DNA from: Malacoraja senta
Taxonomy: Eukaryota
Direction of reading: 5' to 3'
NCBI GenBank assembly: GCA_038087875.1
Contig: JAXLNO010002777.1
Coordinates: 124,001 to 188,000, forward strand
DNA length: 64,000 nucleotides
This document shows positions 36,028 to 50,313 of the stretch, piece after piece. The notes beneath the pieces are model-generated. The model was given only the letters and a program-made list of their open reading frames with translations, was not told where the DNA came from and ran no database searches. The translations under genes and the position numbers were made by a program. The first letter of the stretch is position 1, and each line of letters starts with the position of its first letter.

Positions 36028-39000
36028 AAGATGTTCCTGAAATCAATGGTCAGATCAAGCAATCTATGTTTATTTTGTTCTTATTTTTCCTGACTGAAAG
36101 TGAATTTTATTTGACTCAGATAGCATTTTATGTACTTGCTTCTAAGAGTAAAACTAATTCTAGTTAAAATAATATCTCTTGGTGCCACAGTTTGATTCAG
36201 GAACCGCTTGGATCAAGTTGAAATGATAATCCACAATCTTGTACTAATCTGGCCATGAGCAGGTACCTACTGCTTATTATTTGTAATTGATTTTAGCCAT
36301 GAGAAGGCAAAAACATTTCATTAATTCTCAAAGCCACCCCACCTTTGGGAATGAAGTATTGCCAACTCATGATCCTCAGCCTGCTTTCCTTTCTATGGAG
36401 ACAGGCTTTAGCTTGCACACAGCTCTGTTGCTAATTGTGGCTGTGAAGTAATGTATAGGTACAGACTTGAAGTTGTTGGATGTTCAAGTGGAAAAGACTA
36501 AAATGGATAAAACCCAGGTGCCAGATTCCAATTCCAGAAATGTATACTTTGATCAATTAGAAATTCCAAATTCCATAAATGATCCATTACTTGTCAGGTT
36601 TAAAAACAATCTCCTTGGAGATGTTACACTAGGATGGAAATACAGTGTTTATGGTACATGTAGTCAGTTAAACCAACTTTACCTCCAGGTTGAAACTATG
36701 CTGCTTAACAGATGAGCATCGGAAATTGCTGCTGTTAGCTGAGGTCTCACACAAGCACATTATAATGACTGTACTGTATTTATTGTCATTTTATTAATAC
36801 TTTTTAATAGGGGTGTGTTGTATCTAATGCACAGAAATTTAATATTACAGAAATCCTGATATTGAAAGATAAGTTAACAAGAGGTACAAACATTGGATAT
36901 AAATTCATACTGCTTCTGATTTTCGAGTCAATTGGTTGGACAAAACACCGCATGGCACCTTATTTTTCATTCTGTGCGGTATAGGAATAGTTATAAATAT
37001 AATACACGGAGCATTGGGTTACATTTTTGGTGTATACAAAATATAGCTACAAAACAAATGTATCAATACCTTTTCTGTCATTAGTACAGCACGGAAGTTG
37101 GCACATCTAGAAAAATACTCCAGTTGCCAAATAATGTTGTAGAACATATACAGAATGAACTCGAACATGAGTAGAGATGCAAAGTGGTCTCCTGTGTCTC
37201 CATTGTTAAATGTTATATGGCATGGTCTTTGGCATATAGGTAACAGTAGATTCTCCTCAAAGCTCCTTAGTGATCTGCAGCTTACCTGATGGGGAATTGG
37301 TAATGTAATTGTGTACTAAAATGCGATGTACAAGGCAAATGTTATGTATTATAGATGTTGGACCTTCAGGATCACACAGCAATGTCTTGCTGAGAACCAA
37401 TAGATCTGGGCGACTCCTGAGCTTCTGACAATGCATCACCTCACACTATTCTCTAAGAAGGGTATTTGAGAAAGCCATTGCTTTTATGCTGCCTGTGGTG
37501 AACTGTTTGAACACTTTGAATCTCTTTTTTTCCACCACCCTGCAGCACAGCAGAGGTTGTAGCCTTGTCCAATGCAACGATGTGTGCAAGTAAACGTTAC
37601 TGAAAGACAAAGCAAAGTAGATCCACAAGCTGTTACGCTAATCCTTACCTGTTGTATACCATTTCTCTTCTTCAAAATTAGCAAATTACTAAGTCCAGTA
37701 CCTATGAAGGCATGTGAGAGAGGCAAGTATTTTTGCCGCCCCACTGCTGATAACTTGGATTGTCAAACCATCAGCATGCCTCAGACATCAAAATAATTTT
37801 AATAAAGAGGCTTTGGAACTGAACACCACTGTTTCACAGCCATTGTAATTAATTTATTACTCTCCTCTTTTACACAATGGTGTTAAATTTTAAATTTAAT
37901 GGTGCCAATTTCTAAAGACATGTTTATGGGTTTTTTGACCTGTAGCCACTGCTGTCCATTGATGGCTGTAAAGAGCAGGCAAAGTGGAAAATATTAATTT
38001 TGGATGAATTAACAGATCCATAACAAACCACCTGATATTTATTTGCAAATAAAATTATTGTTCTTTGTTAATCAGCACCTTTCAAGCCTGAGATTTTCTC
38101 TCCTCCATTTCTAATTGATTATGGTTCAGCTGCTGGCAGAAAGCTCTAGTGGTGAGTTCCCCTGTTCTCCCCCCCCCCCCCATTTACCTTTCTGTGGGCC
38201 TTAAGTACCCCCCCCCCACCCCACCCCCACACACACATGGCCATATTATAATGATAAGCAAGAGAAATACAAATGCATTTTTGCCGTTGACTCCACATTC
38301 TACATAAGTATCAAAAATAACCATCCTGAATTGCTTTAATGATTGCCACATGTTATATAGGTTTTAAATCGATGAGTGTGCAATTGATTGTCATCCTAAT
38401 GTAGAAGGAGGTCGCCATTTTGCCAATGGCTCAAGGAGTCTCTAGTAGTAAAGCTATCCTGTCCAAACTTGCTGATGGGATCCTTGAAGCCTAGCAGATG
38501 TGTTAGTAAATCTGAGGTTCAAAAGATTTTCTGGGATTAAGGATTTTTTTTCCGAGTGAAGGTGGATCTCCAGCTCCATTGAAAGTGTGGCCCAGTTCCA
38601 GGAAGGAAAGCTTCCAAACCCTCCATTTCCAGCCACACTTTTGTCTGGTGAAATGTGCTGCATCCAATAGATAGCCTGATTATTGTAAGCAGCTAATGAT
38701 CTATCCCTCAGGAAGCATCATACCTGCCATGCTCCAAACATTTCCAAATATCAGCTGAATGTCATGAGGACAGTTTCTCCCTTCCAAAACTTATGTTGCA
38801 AAAATTGTATTGAAGTTTAATGCTCTTTTACTCATTTCTGATTTGTTCTCTAAAGGAAATGTATTCAAAAATACATTCATTGCAGTGATCAGTGAACATG
38901 TTCTGTGGAGTTGCTAACTGGGTACATGACACAAGGACAATATTTATTATTTTTGTTGAGATATGGTGGCTTGGACTAGTTATGCAACCTTTACTCATCA

Positions 39001-39390
39001 AATTAATAACAACATGCATAATAGCTCAATGGTCATGTGTACCTATTTATTACTGAAGCCAAAAAGAAGCAAACAAATAAAACAATGTTAAAATTAGTCA
39101 TAATCTTTGCAACATTTTTATTTTGAACAAAAATGAGTACGTAACAAGACTACCTCCCAAATGTTGAGTAATTGTTTTAGCTAAAAATTAGTTTTAATTT
39201 ACAAGTAAAATATATATAAATATATTGTTTATTGTTATTATTTTGTGCTAGATAATTTAGATATTTTAAAGTATTGAAACATAACATGCAAAATAATTTA
39301 AATTATTTATTTGTAAATAGATTTATGAATGTATTCTTCATGTTTGTTGTTGATGAACATTAAAGCTTCAAAACTACACATGGAATTTAG
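36028..39390 (+). other. Candidate long 3' UTR of FBXO47
   Basis: About 3.3 kb with no recognisable TE. AATAAA at 37801, ~38048 and ~39076; ATTAAA at 39359; AU-rich terminal block with TGTAAATA at 39312. Confidence 0.45.
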
Positions 39391-42300
39391 TGTTTTCATT
39401 CAACTGTGACAATGTCACACTATAGTTCATAACTAATTGTCTTTCCTGCCCCCTTGACAGTGCTAACTGCAGTACCTCACCCAAAGTGCTAACTGCAGTA
39501 CCTCACCCAGTATCCATTAGTGTAGGTAGGTTGTTTCCCCATGTCGGAGACTGCGCTAAAGTCAATTGCCAAGAAATAAGAGAGTGATCAAAAAACATTT
39601 GCACTCTTTTTATTTCCATTTTAACATTTTCTAACAAATATACAATAGAATTATATTTCACATAATCTGAAGAATAGTCTGAAGAAGGGTCTCGACCCAA
39701 AACATCGCCCATTCCTACTCTCCAGAGATGCTGCCTGTCCCGCTGAGTTACTCCAGCATTTTGTGTCCATCTTATATTTCACATAAATTGTGTGGGCATG
39801 AATGTTGAAATCATGTGGGTATCTATAACTCATTTATTATTTATTACTAAAAAGACAATTAGCCTCATCTGAATCCCCGGTTAGCCATGAGCCTTGGGAT
39901 GGAGGAGGATGTTGCTGCTGTTGTGGTAAGTGACTCGCTAGCACCCTATGGTGTAACTAATTACTAAATGTTGTGGAAAGATGACGTGTTGCAGATTGGA
40001 GCAATGATACATGGAATCATGATAATGGAAAAAACTGATCACAAAACAATTGCAGACACCGATCAATGTTATTTTCAGTTTTTACTCATGGTGTGCCAAA
40101 CAAAGTGTGGTGTGAGGAGGAATGGGGTTAAGGTCATAATTCAATTTGTTTTAGAACTGGCAAATCACTTGTGGAATTTACGAATGGCTGTTTCATAAGT
40201 TCATAAGTGATAAGCATTAGGCCATTTGGCCCATCAAGTCTACTCCGCCATTCATTCATGGCTGATCTATCTTTCCCTGTCAATCCCATTCTCCTACCTT
40301 CTCCCCATAACCCCTAACACCTGTACTAATCAAGAATCTATCTATCTCTGCCTTAAAGATATCCATTGGTGTGGCCTCCACAGCCTTCTGTGGCAATGAA
40401 TCCCACAAATTCACCACCCTCTGACTAAAGAAATTTCTCCTCATCTCTATGCTCTAACTTCTATTTATAAAGTACATTAAATATGGTAAAATTGTCACAA
40501 TGGGAAAATAATCAGAAGCAGTAGAAAATATGTCAAAATGACTGGTAAAGGTAGATCTCTAATGCTGATATATATTTTCTTATACAGGGGACCAAAACTG
40601 CAAAGTGCTCTACTTGTGACCTCACCAATTCTCTGTACAATTAAAACGATATTTCCCTATTTATAAACCCACCCTCTTTTAGTATCTTAAAGGAGAAGAT
40701 ATATGTGGAGAGATACAGAGTTCTAAGCCAGCAATTCCACAGCTTAGGGTTGAGGAGAATTTTCAGAATCATCTCCTTCAATCATTTGTCTCAGCCTGAA
40801 TTTGATGAGACAGTGCAATTGTCTTCTCTTCCTCTGAAGCCTCTTCTCACATAGTATAATCAAAAACAGGCTTGACTTGATTCCATAAAATAGTAAAATA
40901 TATCTTTGACAGACAAATAAATCATATCTGTCATTTTTACAACCAATTACATGTTGCAGGTTCAACTTCAGTGGAAGAGATGGAGTGATTCAGGTCTCCA
41001 AACCTTGTAGATCCAGGAGATTTCACTCAAGCTGTTTCATCCTCCATGTTTCTTGTCAACAACTGTCTTTAGGAGTGACTCAGTCAATGCTAGGTCTCGG
41101 ACTTAGGCTGAGAGGTGTGTGAAATAGGTATGGACAATGTGGACCATCAGGTTAAGTTAAATTAGTACAAGACCTGTTGGATATTGAGTATCTTCCAGCA
41201 TCCTGCAAGAATTTGGTGACTTCAGTGACAGGAGAGTAGAAACAGTTAGGGGAAAAAAGGCCGATCTGTCCAGCGGTATTGTTTCCTCCTTATATCAAAC
41301 AGAATGTATAAAACATGTGCCTTTTATGGTATGGTATGGTACGTTATTTGTCACATGTACCGAGGTACAGTGAAACTCATTTCTGTATACAGTTCAGTAC
41401 AAGTATCACCATACATAAGCACTTAGATGCATATTAGACAGGCATCTTGGATACAGTACAAGTGTGTAGCAGTAGTACACTGAGCTATTTTCAAGTCCCA
41501 GTTGTTGTAAGTGCAGGGGGATCTTGAGGCAACTCTACCGCTGTGCCACCCTGCAGATTGAGGTCTATAGGTAAAGGTGGTTAAACATATATCTTTGTGA
41601 CTAAAATGAACTGGGTGGAAAAATGGGTGGAGCAACGAGCATAGGAAAGTACACTGGGGACAATGAAGAAAACCTACAAAATATTTCTGCATTCTAATCA
41701 TTTCTCGTTTTGTTGTGGCATAGTCATCCCAATTTAAACTAAACTATATTGGAGATGACAGTCTTCTGACTCTACCCAAAGAAAGTCCTGATTGTTTGTG
41801 AAATATTGTCTCTTTCTGTCGATAAAACTGCTCAGAAGTCTTTCTGAATGTGAATTTCGACTGTTGTACTGGGGAATAAATGTGTTATTTTCTTTAAAGG
41901 AAGTTGACTCTGAACTGACAGTGGATGACACCTTAAATAAAAGGAGATATTTGTTCTCTGTAAAGTCAGAAGAATGATGTGTTGCTGTGCTAAATGTGAC
42001 TGTGTAACTGCTAAAAAACCTTCACAACTCCCAACAGTTTGAAGAAGGGTCTCGACCCGAAACATCACCCATTCCTTCTCTCCAGAGATGTTGCCTGTCC
42101 CGCTGAGTTACTCCAACATTTTGTGTCTATCTTCAATTTAAACCAGCATCTGAAGTTCTTTCCTATACAGCACAATATACTTATATCCCATACAATTTCC
42201 AGCTTTCTCACTTGTTCTCCAAAATGACCAACTTTTTCTGGGAGACAGATCCACTGATGTTGATTCCATGGAGACGTTTCTCTATCTCCAAGTGGCTGCA

Positions 42301-45300
42301 CAGTGAAGCTTCATTTCTCATGTGTGACGGTTATTTTAACAACATTGAGAGTAACTTTCACCTGCACCATCCATGCACTAATCTGGTGAAGCAGACGACA
42401 ATGAGAGTTTCCATTTTTCACCCTGTTGAAATTTTCCATGAATGAAGACTGGGCAAGTTCCACAAAAGTATTCTTTGAACTAGACGATGATTAGATTGAG
42501 GGCCATGATTTGGGTCCTGATCACACTATTTGTTCCGCAACTAACATCACTAAAACATTTGTTTTTGTTGTTACCACTGCAGTGTTTGCAAATTGATCAC
42601 AACCGTAATTAGACTTTTTTTTTTAATTGTGCAGGATTATGAAGCACTTGGAACATCCTGAGGTTATGGATGATTCTATCCAAATCGTTAAATCTCGCTA
42701 AAGCAGACCATTGAATAATTTTCCTGGAATGAGTGGACACAGGTAATGAAGTGAATATCTTTTCACTGGATTTTCATTAACATGCCACATTATAATGAGG
42801 CGTGGAATATAAGAGCAAGGCTTGAAGTGTACAAATCTACTTTTTTTTGGTTTAGAGATATAGCCCACCGAATCCATGCCGACCAGCCATCACCTCGTAC
42901 ACTGGTTCTATCCTACACACTTGGGACAATTTACAGAAGCCAATTAACCTACAAACCTGCATGTCTTAGGAATGTGGGAGGAAACCGAAGCACCTAGAGA
43001 AAACCCATGCAGGTCACGGGGAGAACGTACAAACTCCGTGCGAACAGTACCCACAGTCAGGATTGAACCCTGATCGCCGGGCTGTAAGGCAGCAACTCTA
43101 CCACTGCGGCACCATGCAGCCCACACCACGGAACACAGACAAAGTAATGTGCCTACTTTCAAGGTAATGTTTACTGTTTTGAATGAATTATAGGGAGATC
43201 TTTTTTTAGAAAAAAGTGGACTTGCGGAGGACATTCTTGAAAAGGTTGACAGAGTTAGACCATTTTAGTTATGAGGGAGAGATTATCAAGCCACCTGGGA
43301 CCTCCTAGAGCAAGACATAGAGGGTGTAGGAAATGTAATGTTACACTTGTCTTGAAAAGCAAAGATTGAGAGGTGATATTTAAAATTATGAAAGATTGAG
43401 ATGATGTAGAGTCTAAGGATTATAAAACCCATCACATTGCCAATATGTTCATGTTTCCCTGGATATGCATTTGCAGAGCATTACGAAGAACAGGTCTTGA
43501 CTGCAGGAGAAGATTAAAGACAACTCTAGAACCTACCTGCACCTCTGCTCAGTAATCTGGGTTACCGTAAAAAAAAACTTGCCATAAACTTTACCGTAAA
43601 AAACACCCATAAAATTAATAAAATCAAAACCACGCACGAGATGTTTTAGTTTTTCATTTTAGAGATACAGGGTGGGAACAGGCCCTTCAGCCCACCGAGT
43701 CCGCACCGACCAGCGATCCCCGCGCATGAACACTATCCTACACAAGGGACAATTTTTACATTTACACCAAGCCAATTAACCTACAAACCTGTACAACTTT
43801 GGAGTGTAGGAGGAAAACAAAGATCTCGGAGAAAAGCCACGCAGATTTTAAAGCTTTGGGCAAATAATTCCTGTGTGTCTTTACATGAAGCATGCGGTAC
43901 TCTTTTCCCCTTGTGAGTTTGAAGAAATCGTTCTAAAGAGGCAGCAAACACATCCAATATTTTCAGGCTGTTGACAGTAATTTGCCAAGAGAACTACTGT
44001 GCCGTGAACAAGCTTGTTCAAAATATAACACACAGAATCCTTCAAGCAGTATTTGCAACAATATTGGGAGTGCAATTACACTGTGTTCACTCTACACCCT
44101 CATAAATACCTATTAACGCTGGCCGGAGCAGTTCTGGGCTGTTGTTTCACAAAATGAACAAGACACTTTGATTCGCATTCCTAACCACAACATAAGCATT
44201 GGGTTGAAAACTAGGCTTTGCTCTGTAGTTCAACCCCGATGTATTGACTGTGACAATAACGAAGTGTAGCCCGAGGCTGTGTTCACACATGAGTCAATCC
44301 ATGTAGCTTTTTTAATAGATCTAACCTGAAGTACAGTAGATTTCACTTATCTCTGTGTTCGGTAGACATGTTAAAAAAAAGACTTGCCTCAAATGCAAAT
44401 TTAAAATCTTCCTTCATTGTGATGTCTTTTTGAGGGTCAACTACCACAATAACAACTTGCATTTGTTTAGCACCTTTAACCATAGTATCATGTCCCAAGG
44501 CACTTATTATTGACGAGCATTTCCATTGGTAGTGTTCTGCCCTAGGTACAAGCTTGATTACATTTTACACAGATGACCTTTGAGCTACTTACGTGGCTAT
44601 TTTAGCTGAGGAGAATCTCCAATGCCTCCGCTCGGTCCGACTAAACCTTCATCCCCTTTGATCACTCGGTTTCACACCTTACCCTTCCATATCTCTGTCT
44701 TCCTCTCCCTGACGCTCAGTTTGAAGAAGGGTCAAGACCCTTCTATCCAGAGATGCTGCCTGTCTTTCTATCCAGATGCATTCCTTCTATCCAGAGATGC
44801 TGCTTGTCCCGCTGTGTCACTCCAGCATTTTGTGTGTACCAATCCTTAGAGATGGCCTGTAATTGAGAGAACACATTTTGTCATTTACAGTAGAGTATCC
44901 AAAGGTTTGCACAAATTGGACCCATCATCCCAGATGGACATCAAAGCCATGAAAAAGTGAAGTAAATTTGTTTTTAACAGTCTGAATATTTGTTATGGGT
45001 AGGAAGGAACTGCAGATGCAGGTTTAAACTGAAGATAGACGCCAAGTGTTGGAGTAGCTCAGCGGGTCAGGCAGCATCTCTGGAGAAAAGAAATAGGTGA
45101 TGTTTCAGGTTGAGACCCTTCTTCAAACAGAGAATCAGGGGAAAGGGAAGAAAGATATAAGCGGTGATATAGAGAGATATAGAACATATTGATGAAAGAT
45201 ATGCAAAAAAGTAAAAAAGTAGCAATTATCAAGGAAAGGTTGAGCCCACAATGGTCCATTGTTGGCTGTGGTCAATGTGATAACCAGTTATACGGATAAT

Positions 45301-45396
45301 GAAACTCATTGTTTTAGGTATGATTGGGTACATGGCAAAAGGAATGTCTAATCACCTCGACCCCCTGCAGGTGAGCATGTCATTTTTAGGTTTTTT

Positions 45397-45690
45397 TCAG
45401 TTTTAGAGATACAGCGCGGAAGCAGACCCTTCGACCCACCAAGTCCGTGCCGACCAGCGATCCTTGCACATTAACACTATCCTAGGGACAATTTACACAT
45501 ACACCAAGCCAATTAACCAGCAAACCTGCACGTCTTTGGAGTGTGGGAAGAAACTGAAGATCTCTGAGAAAACCCGGGGAGAACGTACAAACTGCGTACA
45601 GATAGCACCCGCATTCGGGATGGAACCCGGGTCTCCGGCGCTGCAGGCGCTGTAAGGCAGCAACTCTACCGCTGCGCCACCGTGTCGCCC
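45397..45690 (-). mobile_element. V-SINE
   Basis: Reverse complement of the same SINE consensus. Confidence 0.8.
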
Positions 45691-48689
45691 CATGATGTTA
45701 CTTGGAAATATGTAGAAGCTGGAATATCAACTGCCTTTATCAAGTGCAAGATATTACCCAGTTGAACATCCAGTATAACTAGTTTTTACCTGAAAGATTT
45801 ACTGTTTCTCTTCCCATTGACCTAATAAGTATTTGGTGACACAAGGAACTGCAGAAGTTGGAATCTTGAACACAACACAAAGTGCTGGAGCAACTCAGCG
45901 AATCAGGCAACATCTGTGGATGCAATAGACATGAAACGTTTCAGAAGGGTCCCGACCCAAACCGTTGTCTGAACATTTCCTCCACAGGTGTTGCCTGAGC
46001 CGTTGTGTCCCTCCTGCACTCTGTGTCTTGCTGCTGGGTATTAACTGCTTTAGTCTTTATTGTGGTCATAATCGTATTGCAATTAACAGGAACTTGGCAA
46101 ATTGGCGGCAGGGTTCCTATAATTTCCTCAGTGACTGGATCTCAAAAGTCCTACCTTGGCTGAAAAATCTTTGGCAGATCCTGAAAGATGAGCTCTTGAA
46201 AGATGCTTCAGAAATTGAGAGATGCAAGTATTCTATGAAAAGCAAGTGAGGTTTTATTGTTTAATTAGCTTTGAAATACAATAATGTGTAGGTCCTGAAA
46301 AAAGTTCCAACCCTCTACTGTTTCAGTATACATTGTAGATTGCACAACAATTTTCATTTGGAGGCATTGGAGACAATTTACCTTTTGGGAAACCAAAATA
46401 AAGTTCTTTCACTAAATACAATAAATTTGCAGCTGCAAAGCATGAAATCCAACTGGAATCGTTGTCATCGCTATAAAGATTGTGTGGTCCTTTGTCACAT
46501 TGTGCTTGAGTTGATTAAAATAATCTGTGCCTTCTGGACTCAGCCTGCAGTTACGTTGTTTTAATTTTTGATCTTTCTTGGCTGCACACAGCCGAAAACC
46601 CTTCAGCTGGCATGCATGGACGCGTGTCGCTGCCTGTGGCGTAAAGCAGGCATGGAGATGTGTGACAGAGAGGGAGAGATGAAGAGAAAATGGGGAGATT
46701 GTCAGAAAGAATCTAGTGTCTGTTGTCTGAAATGAAGCTGTATGTGTCAACCGTATATAAATTATACAGCTAGTCGTCTGAAAATGTACCTGGCCTACTA
46801 AAGGGCAATGGCCTTCATTATTTAATCTGTTTTCTCTTTCTACTTTATTTTCTCTTTCGCTTCCTTCCTTGATCTTCCACTCCTTGTTTTTCTGTTCCTT
46901 TCTTTCCAAGCTCCACGTTCTTTCTTCATTTTTCTTCCCGAGTAACACATGTTCTGCACTGCCATTTAAGAGTGATGGTTAGGAGATGAGTGCGTGCGAG
47001 TTTGTTCTTGAAACAAAGGACATTTTGAGAAGATTTAATTGAAGTACATTTCGTTTTATGATTCCCGCAAGACAGTATAGATGGGAAAGATATACTTCCC
47101 TCAGAAAATAGGTCAACATTTAGGATAGTAGATTGAAGGTAGTTGGTAAAAGGATTTAAGATAGAGTTAGATAGAGCTCTAGGGGCTAGTGGAATCAAGG
47201 GATATGGGGAGAAGGCAGGCACGGGTTATTGATTGGGGACGATCAGCCATGATCACAATGAATGGCGGTGCTGGCTCGAAGGGCCGAATGGCCTCCTCCT
47301 GCACGTATTTTCTATGTTTCTATGTTTCTATGATAGTTTAGTTTAGTGATACAGCGCAGAACAGGCCTTTCGGCCCTCCGCACCAACCTGTGATCCCCAT
47401 ACATTAACACTATTCTACACACACACTAGGAACTATTTTACATTCATACCAAGCCAATTAACCTACAAACCTGGACATCTTTGGAGTGTGGGAGGAGAAA
47501 CCCATGCAGGTCACGGGGAGAACGTACAAACTCCGTATAGACAGCACCTGTGGTCTGGATCGAACCCGGGTCTCTGGCGCTGTTAGGCAGTCGCTCTACT
47601 GCTCCACCACCGTGCTGCCAGAATTGGAGGGACTTGAAGAAAACAAATTTTCATCCAAAGGGTGAGGGTGAAGAGCTCTTGCCTGAATGGATAGTGGAGG
47701 CAGACGTTCACACCGTGTTTCAGGTGTGCCTGGACATTCCCAGACCTACCTGGGTTTGTATAGAGAGCTGGCAGTTGAGGTTAGCTTCAATAGTTACTTC
47801 TTGGCTAGCATGGACACTGTGGGGTGAATGAATTGTGTCTGTACCATGAATATCTGTATCATGGAGACATAGAGTCCTACAGCACGGCAACAGACCCTTT
47901 GGCCCAACTCGTCCATTGCCAACCAAGATGCCCCATCTAAGCCAATCCCATTTAACCCACATCCCTCTAAACCTTTCCTATCCATGTACCTGTCCAAGTG
48001 TCTTTTAAATGTTGTTATAGTGTCAGCCTCAACTACCTTCTCTGGCAGCTCGTTCCATATACCTACCACTCTGAGTGAAAATGTTGACCCTCGGGTTCCT
48101 ATCTTTCCCCTCTCACCGTAAACCTATATCCTCTGATTCTTGATTAACCTACCCTTGGTAGAGTCCTTTACCAAGATGCCCCAATCTAAGGTGTCCCATT
48201 TCCTTATGTTTGTGCATTCACCCTGTCTATTCCCCTCCTAATAGAACACAAAGTACTGGAGCAACTCGGCAGGCCAGGCAGCGTTTCTGGAGAACATGGA
48301 TAGGTGATGTTTAGGGTCGGGTGGTGAATCTGTGGAATTATTTTTCATAGACGGCTGTGGAAGCCAAGTCAATGGATATATTTAAGGCGGAGACAGATAG
48401 ATTCTTGATTAGTACGGGTGTGGGGAGAAGGCAGGAGAATAGGTTAGGAGGGAGAGATAGATCAGCCATGATTGAATGGCGGAGTAGACTTCACAAGTTA
48501 TAAGAGTAGAATTAGGCCATTCGGCCCATCGAGTCCACCACCATTCAATCATGGCTGATTTCTGCCTCCTGTCCCATTTTCCTGCCTTCTCTCCATAACC
48601 CTTGATGGTCGAATTGGCCTAATTAGTGATAGATTAGTCTCCCATCATTAATGAGACCCCTTTTTCCAGAGATGCTGCCTGACCTGCTG

Positions 48690-50313
48690 AGGTGGTGGGC
48701 TGAAGGATCTGCTCCAGTGCTGGCTCTCTTGTGACTTCTCCTCCTCCCAGCCTTTCTTTCCTCTTCTCTTCTTCCCCCTTCCTTGAGATTGCCTTGAGAG
48801 AGGATCTGGCTGCTGTGTTTTGCCCCCGCCTCTCCCTCCACCGTCTGACGAACAGAAATGGACAGCTTGACCCCTCCGATCATGCCGGTGCTTTGTGGCG
48901 AACAGCCAACTTTAAAGTAAAGAACACAAGGCGTTGACACGAAGTGACAAGGCTGCCACGAACGTTTCCAGTGATCTTTCCAGGCAGCCTAGCGTACATG
49001 ATACCTCTAGACTCCTTCAGCCCATTCTGGGGAATTAAGTTCAAAGTTGACGTTAATGCTACCAACAAATGTCACAAAGATTCATCTCCTCTTGTTTGCA
49101 TTTTCAAGAACTTATTTATTCACACGGGTTCCACATTTAGAATCAGTTACACGCGGACCATCGGCGCAGGAGTTAGCCATCCAGCTCTAGGCTGAGTATG
49201 CCTATATTTTTTATTTTATGGAATTTTTTTCTTTAAGGCTTTAGTTTTTTTTTTGTTTCTTTAAATAGGGAGGGGAAAGGGTGGTGCGAGTATGCATGAT
49301 GTTTACCTAGAACTCGAAGAAGCATCGATGTTGGAATCAAAACCTAAGTCTTTCTTATTGCTTCATGTTTTGAACATTTTGACTCAAGTTGTGAAAGATT
49401 AGAATCAGTGGCAAGAGGATTTTTAAGACATCTTTGAACATTTTCAGGGAATTTGTAGTGAAATGCTGTGGAGTTGTTAGAATGGGTTTCCTTTTTTAAA
49501 AAAAACAAGCAATGAAGGGTTTGGAGTTGAATTTTGTACCGAGGATATTTCTTTGAGTCTTATTTCGCCTTTTAAATGGTCTCTCTGACTGGTAAATATT
49601 TTACTGTTGACAAAATGACTCAATTCCAACGAGTTTTATCATTGCTGGTGTTTACAAGTATTGAGGACAGCTAGATGTTTTATTTTTGAAGATCAGGGCG
49701 ATTCTTGTGATTTCTTTCTGATAAGGAGCGTGAAGTGATCGCGGTCACTGTTTCGGAGATATCTTTAGATCAGGGGCCGTGTTTCAGCAGCGATGAAATT
49801 TTGTTCCAATTTAACTCCGAAAAGTTAATTATTCGTTGTGAAGTGACCAACTTGCACTCTGCGAATTCAGGCAACGAATGTCGTAAATGCTGCTCGCAAT
49901 TGTACGAATACTCACCCGCTTGTTTAATTATGGAGTTGGAGTTTTGATATTTATCGTTTCGTTTATTCAGGGAGCGAATAAGATTTGCAATTTTAACCAT
50001 GGATTAAAAATTATCTTGAGGAAAGTCGAAAGGGGCGTTGCTTTTCTTTTATGGGTGGAACGATTTAAATTGTATTGAAGATGAATGTATACCAATCGCT
50101 CGGAAGAGACCGAAATGGTTTTTGTCGTCATCTGCAAATAGTCTTCTCAATCCTTGCCTTTTATTTGCTGTTTGCCTTATGAAACATCTCCAAAGTTCCA
50201 TCTTTAAAATTACATTTCAGAATATTTCATATATATACTGTTTATTAAGGGCTGTTATTTCTATTTACATAGAAACCCCTAACATAGAGAAATGTATGAT
50301 GATTATTTAATAC
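48690..50313 (+). promoter_or_regulatory. Candidate promoter / exon-alpha-like region of Pax10
   Basis: About 1.6 kb free of recognisable TEs, with retained CpGs, a polypyrimidine tract (48730-48790) and the NRE-like core; exon boundaries not resolvable. Confidence 0.45.
48925..49005 (+). promoter_or_regulatory. Likely homologue of the Pax6 alpha/neuroretina enhancer (NRE) core
   Basis: CAAGGCGTTGACACGAAGTGACAAGGCTGCCAC...TGATCTTTCCAGGCAGCCTAGCGTACATGAT resembles the mammalian Pax6 alpha-enhancer core as I recall it (AAGTGACAAGGCTGCCAC...TGATCTTTTCAATTAGCCTTCCATGCATGAT). It lies in a TE-free, CpG-retaining block upstream of a Pax6-like exon. Confidence 0.7.

Noticed and set aside
39458-39508. 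25-bp direct duplication agtgctaactgcagtacctcaccca
   Set aside because: Simple local tandem duplication with no further structure.
46270-46345. Weak resemblance to the Pax6 ectodermal enhancer (aaatacaat, ttgtagat)
   Set aside because: Only short AT-rich matches, not distinguishable from chance.
46412-46948. 178-aa minus-strand ORF
   Set aside because: Low-complexity purine-rich translation, non-ATG start, no recognisable domain.
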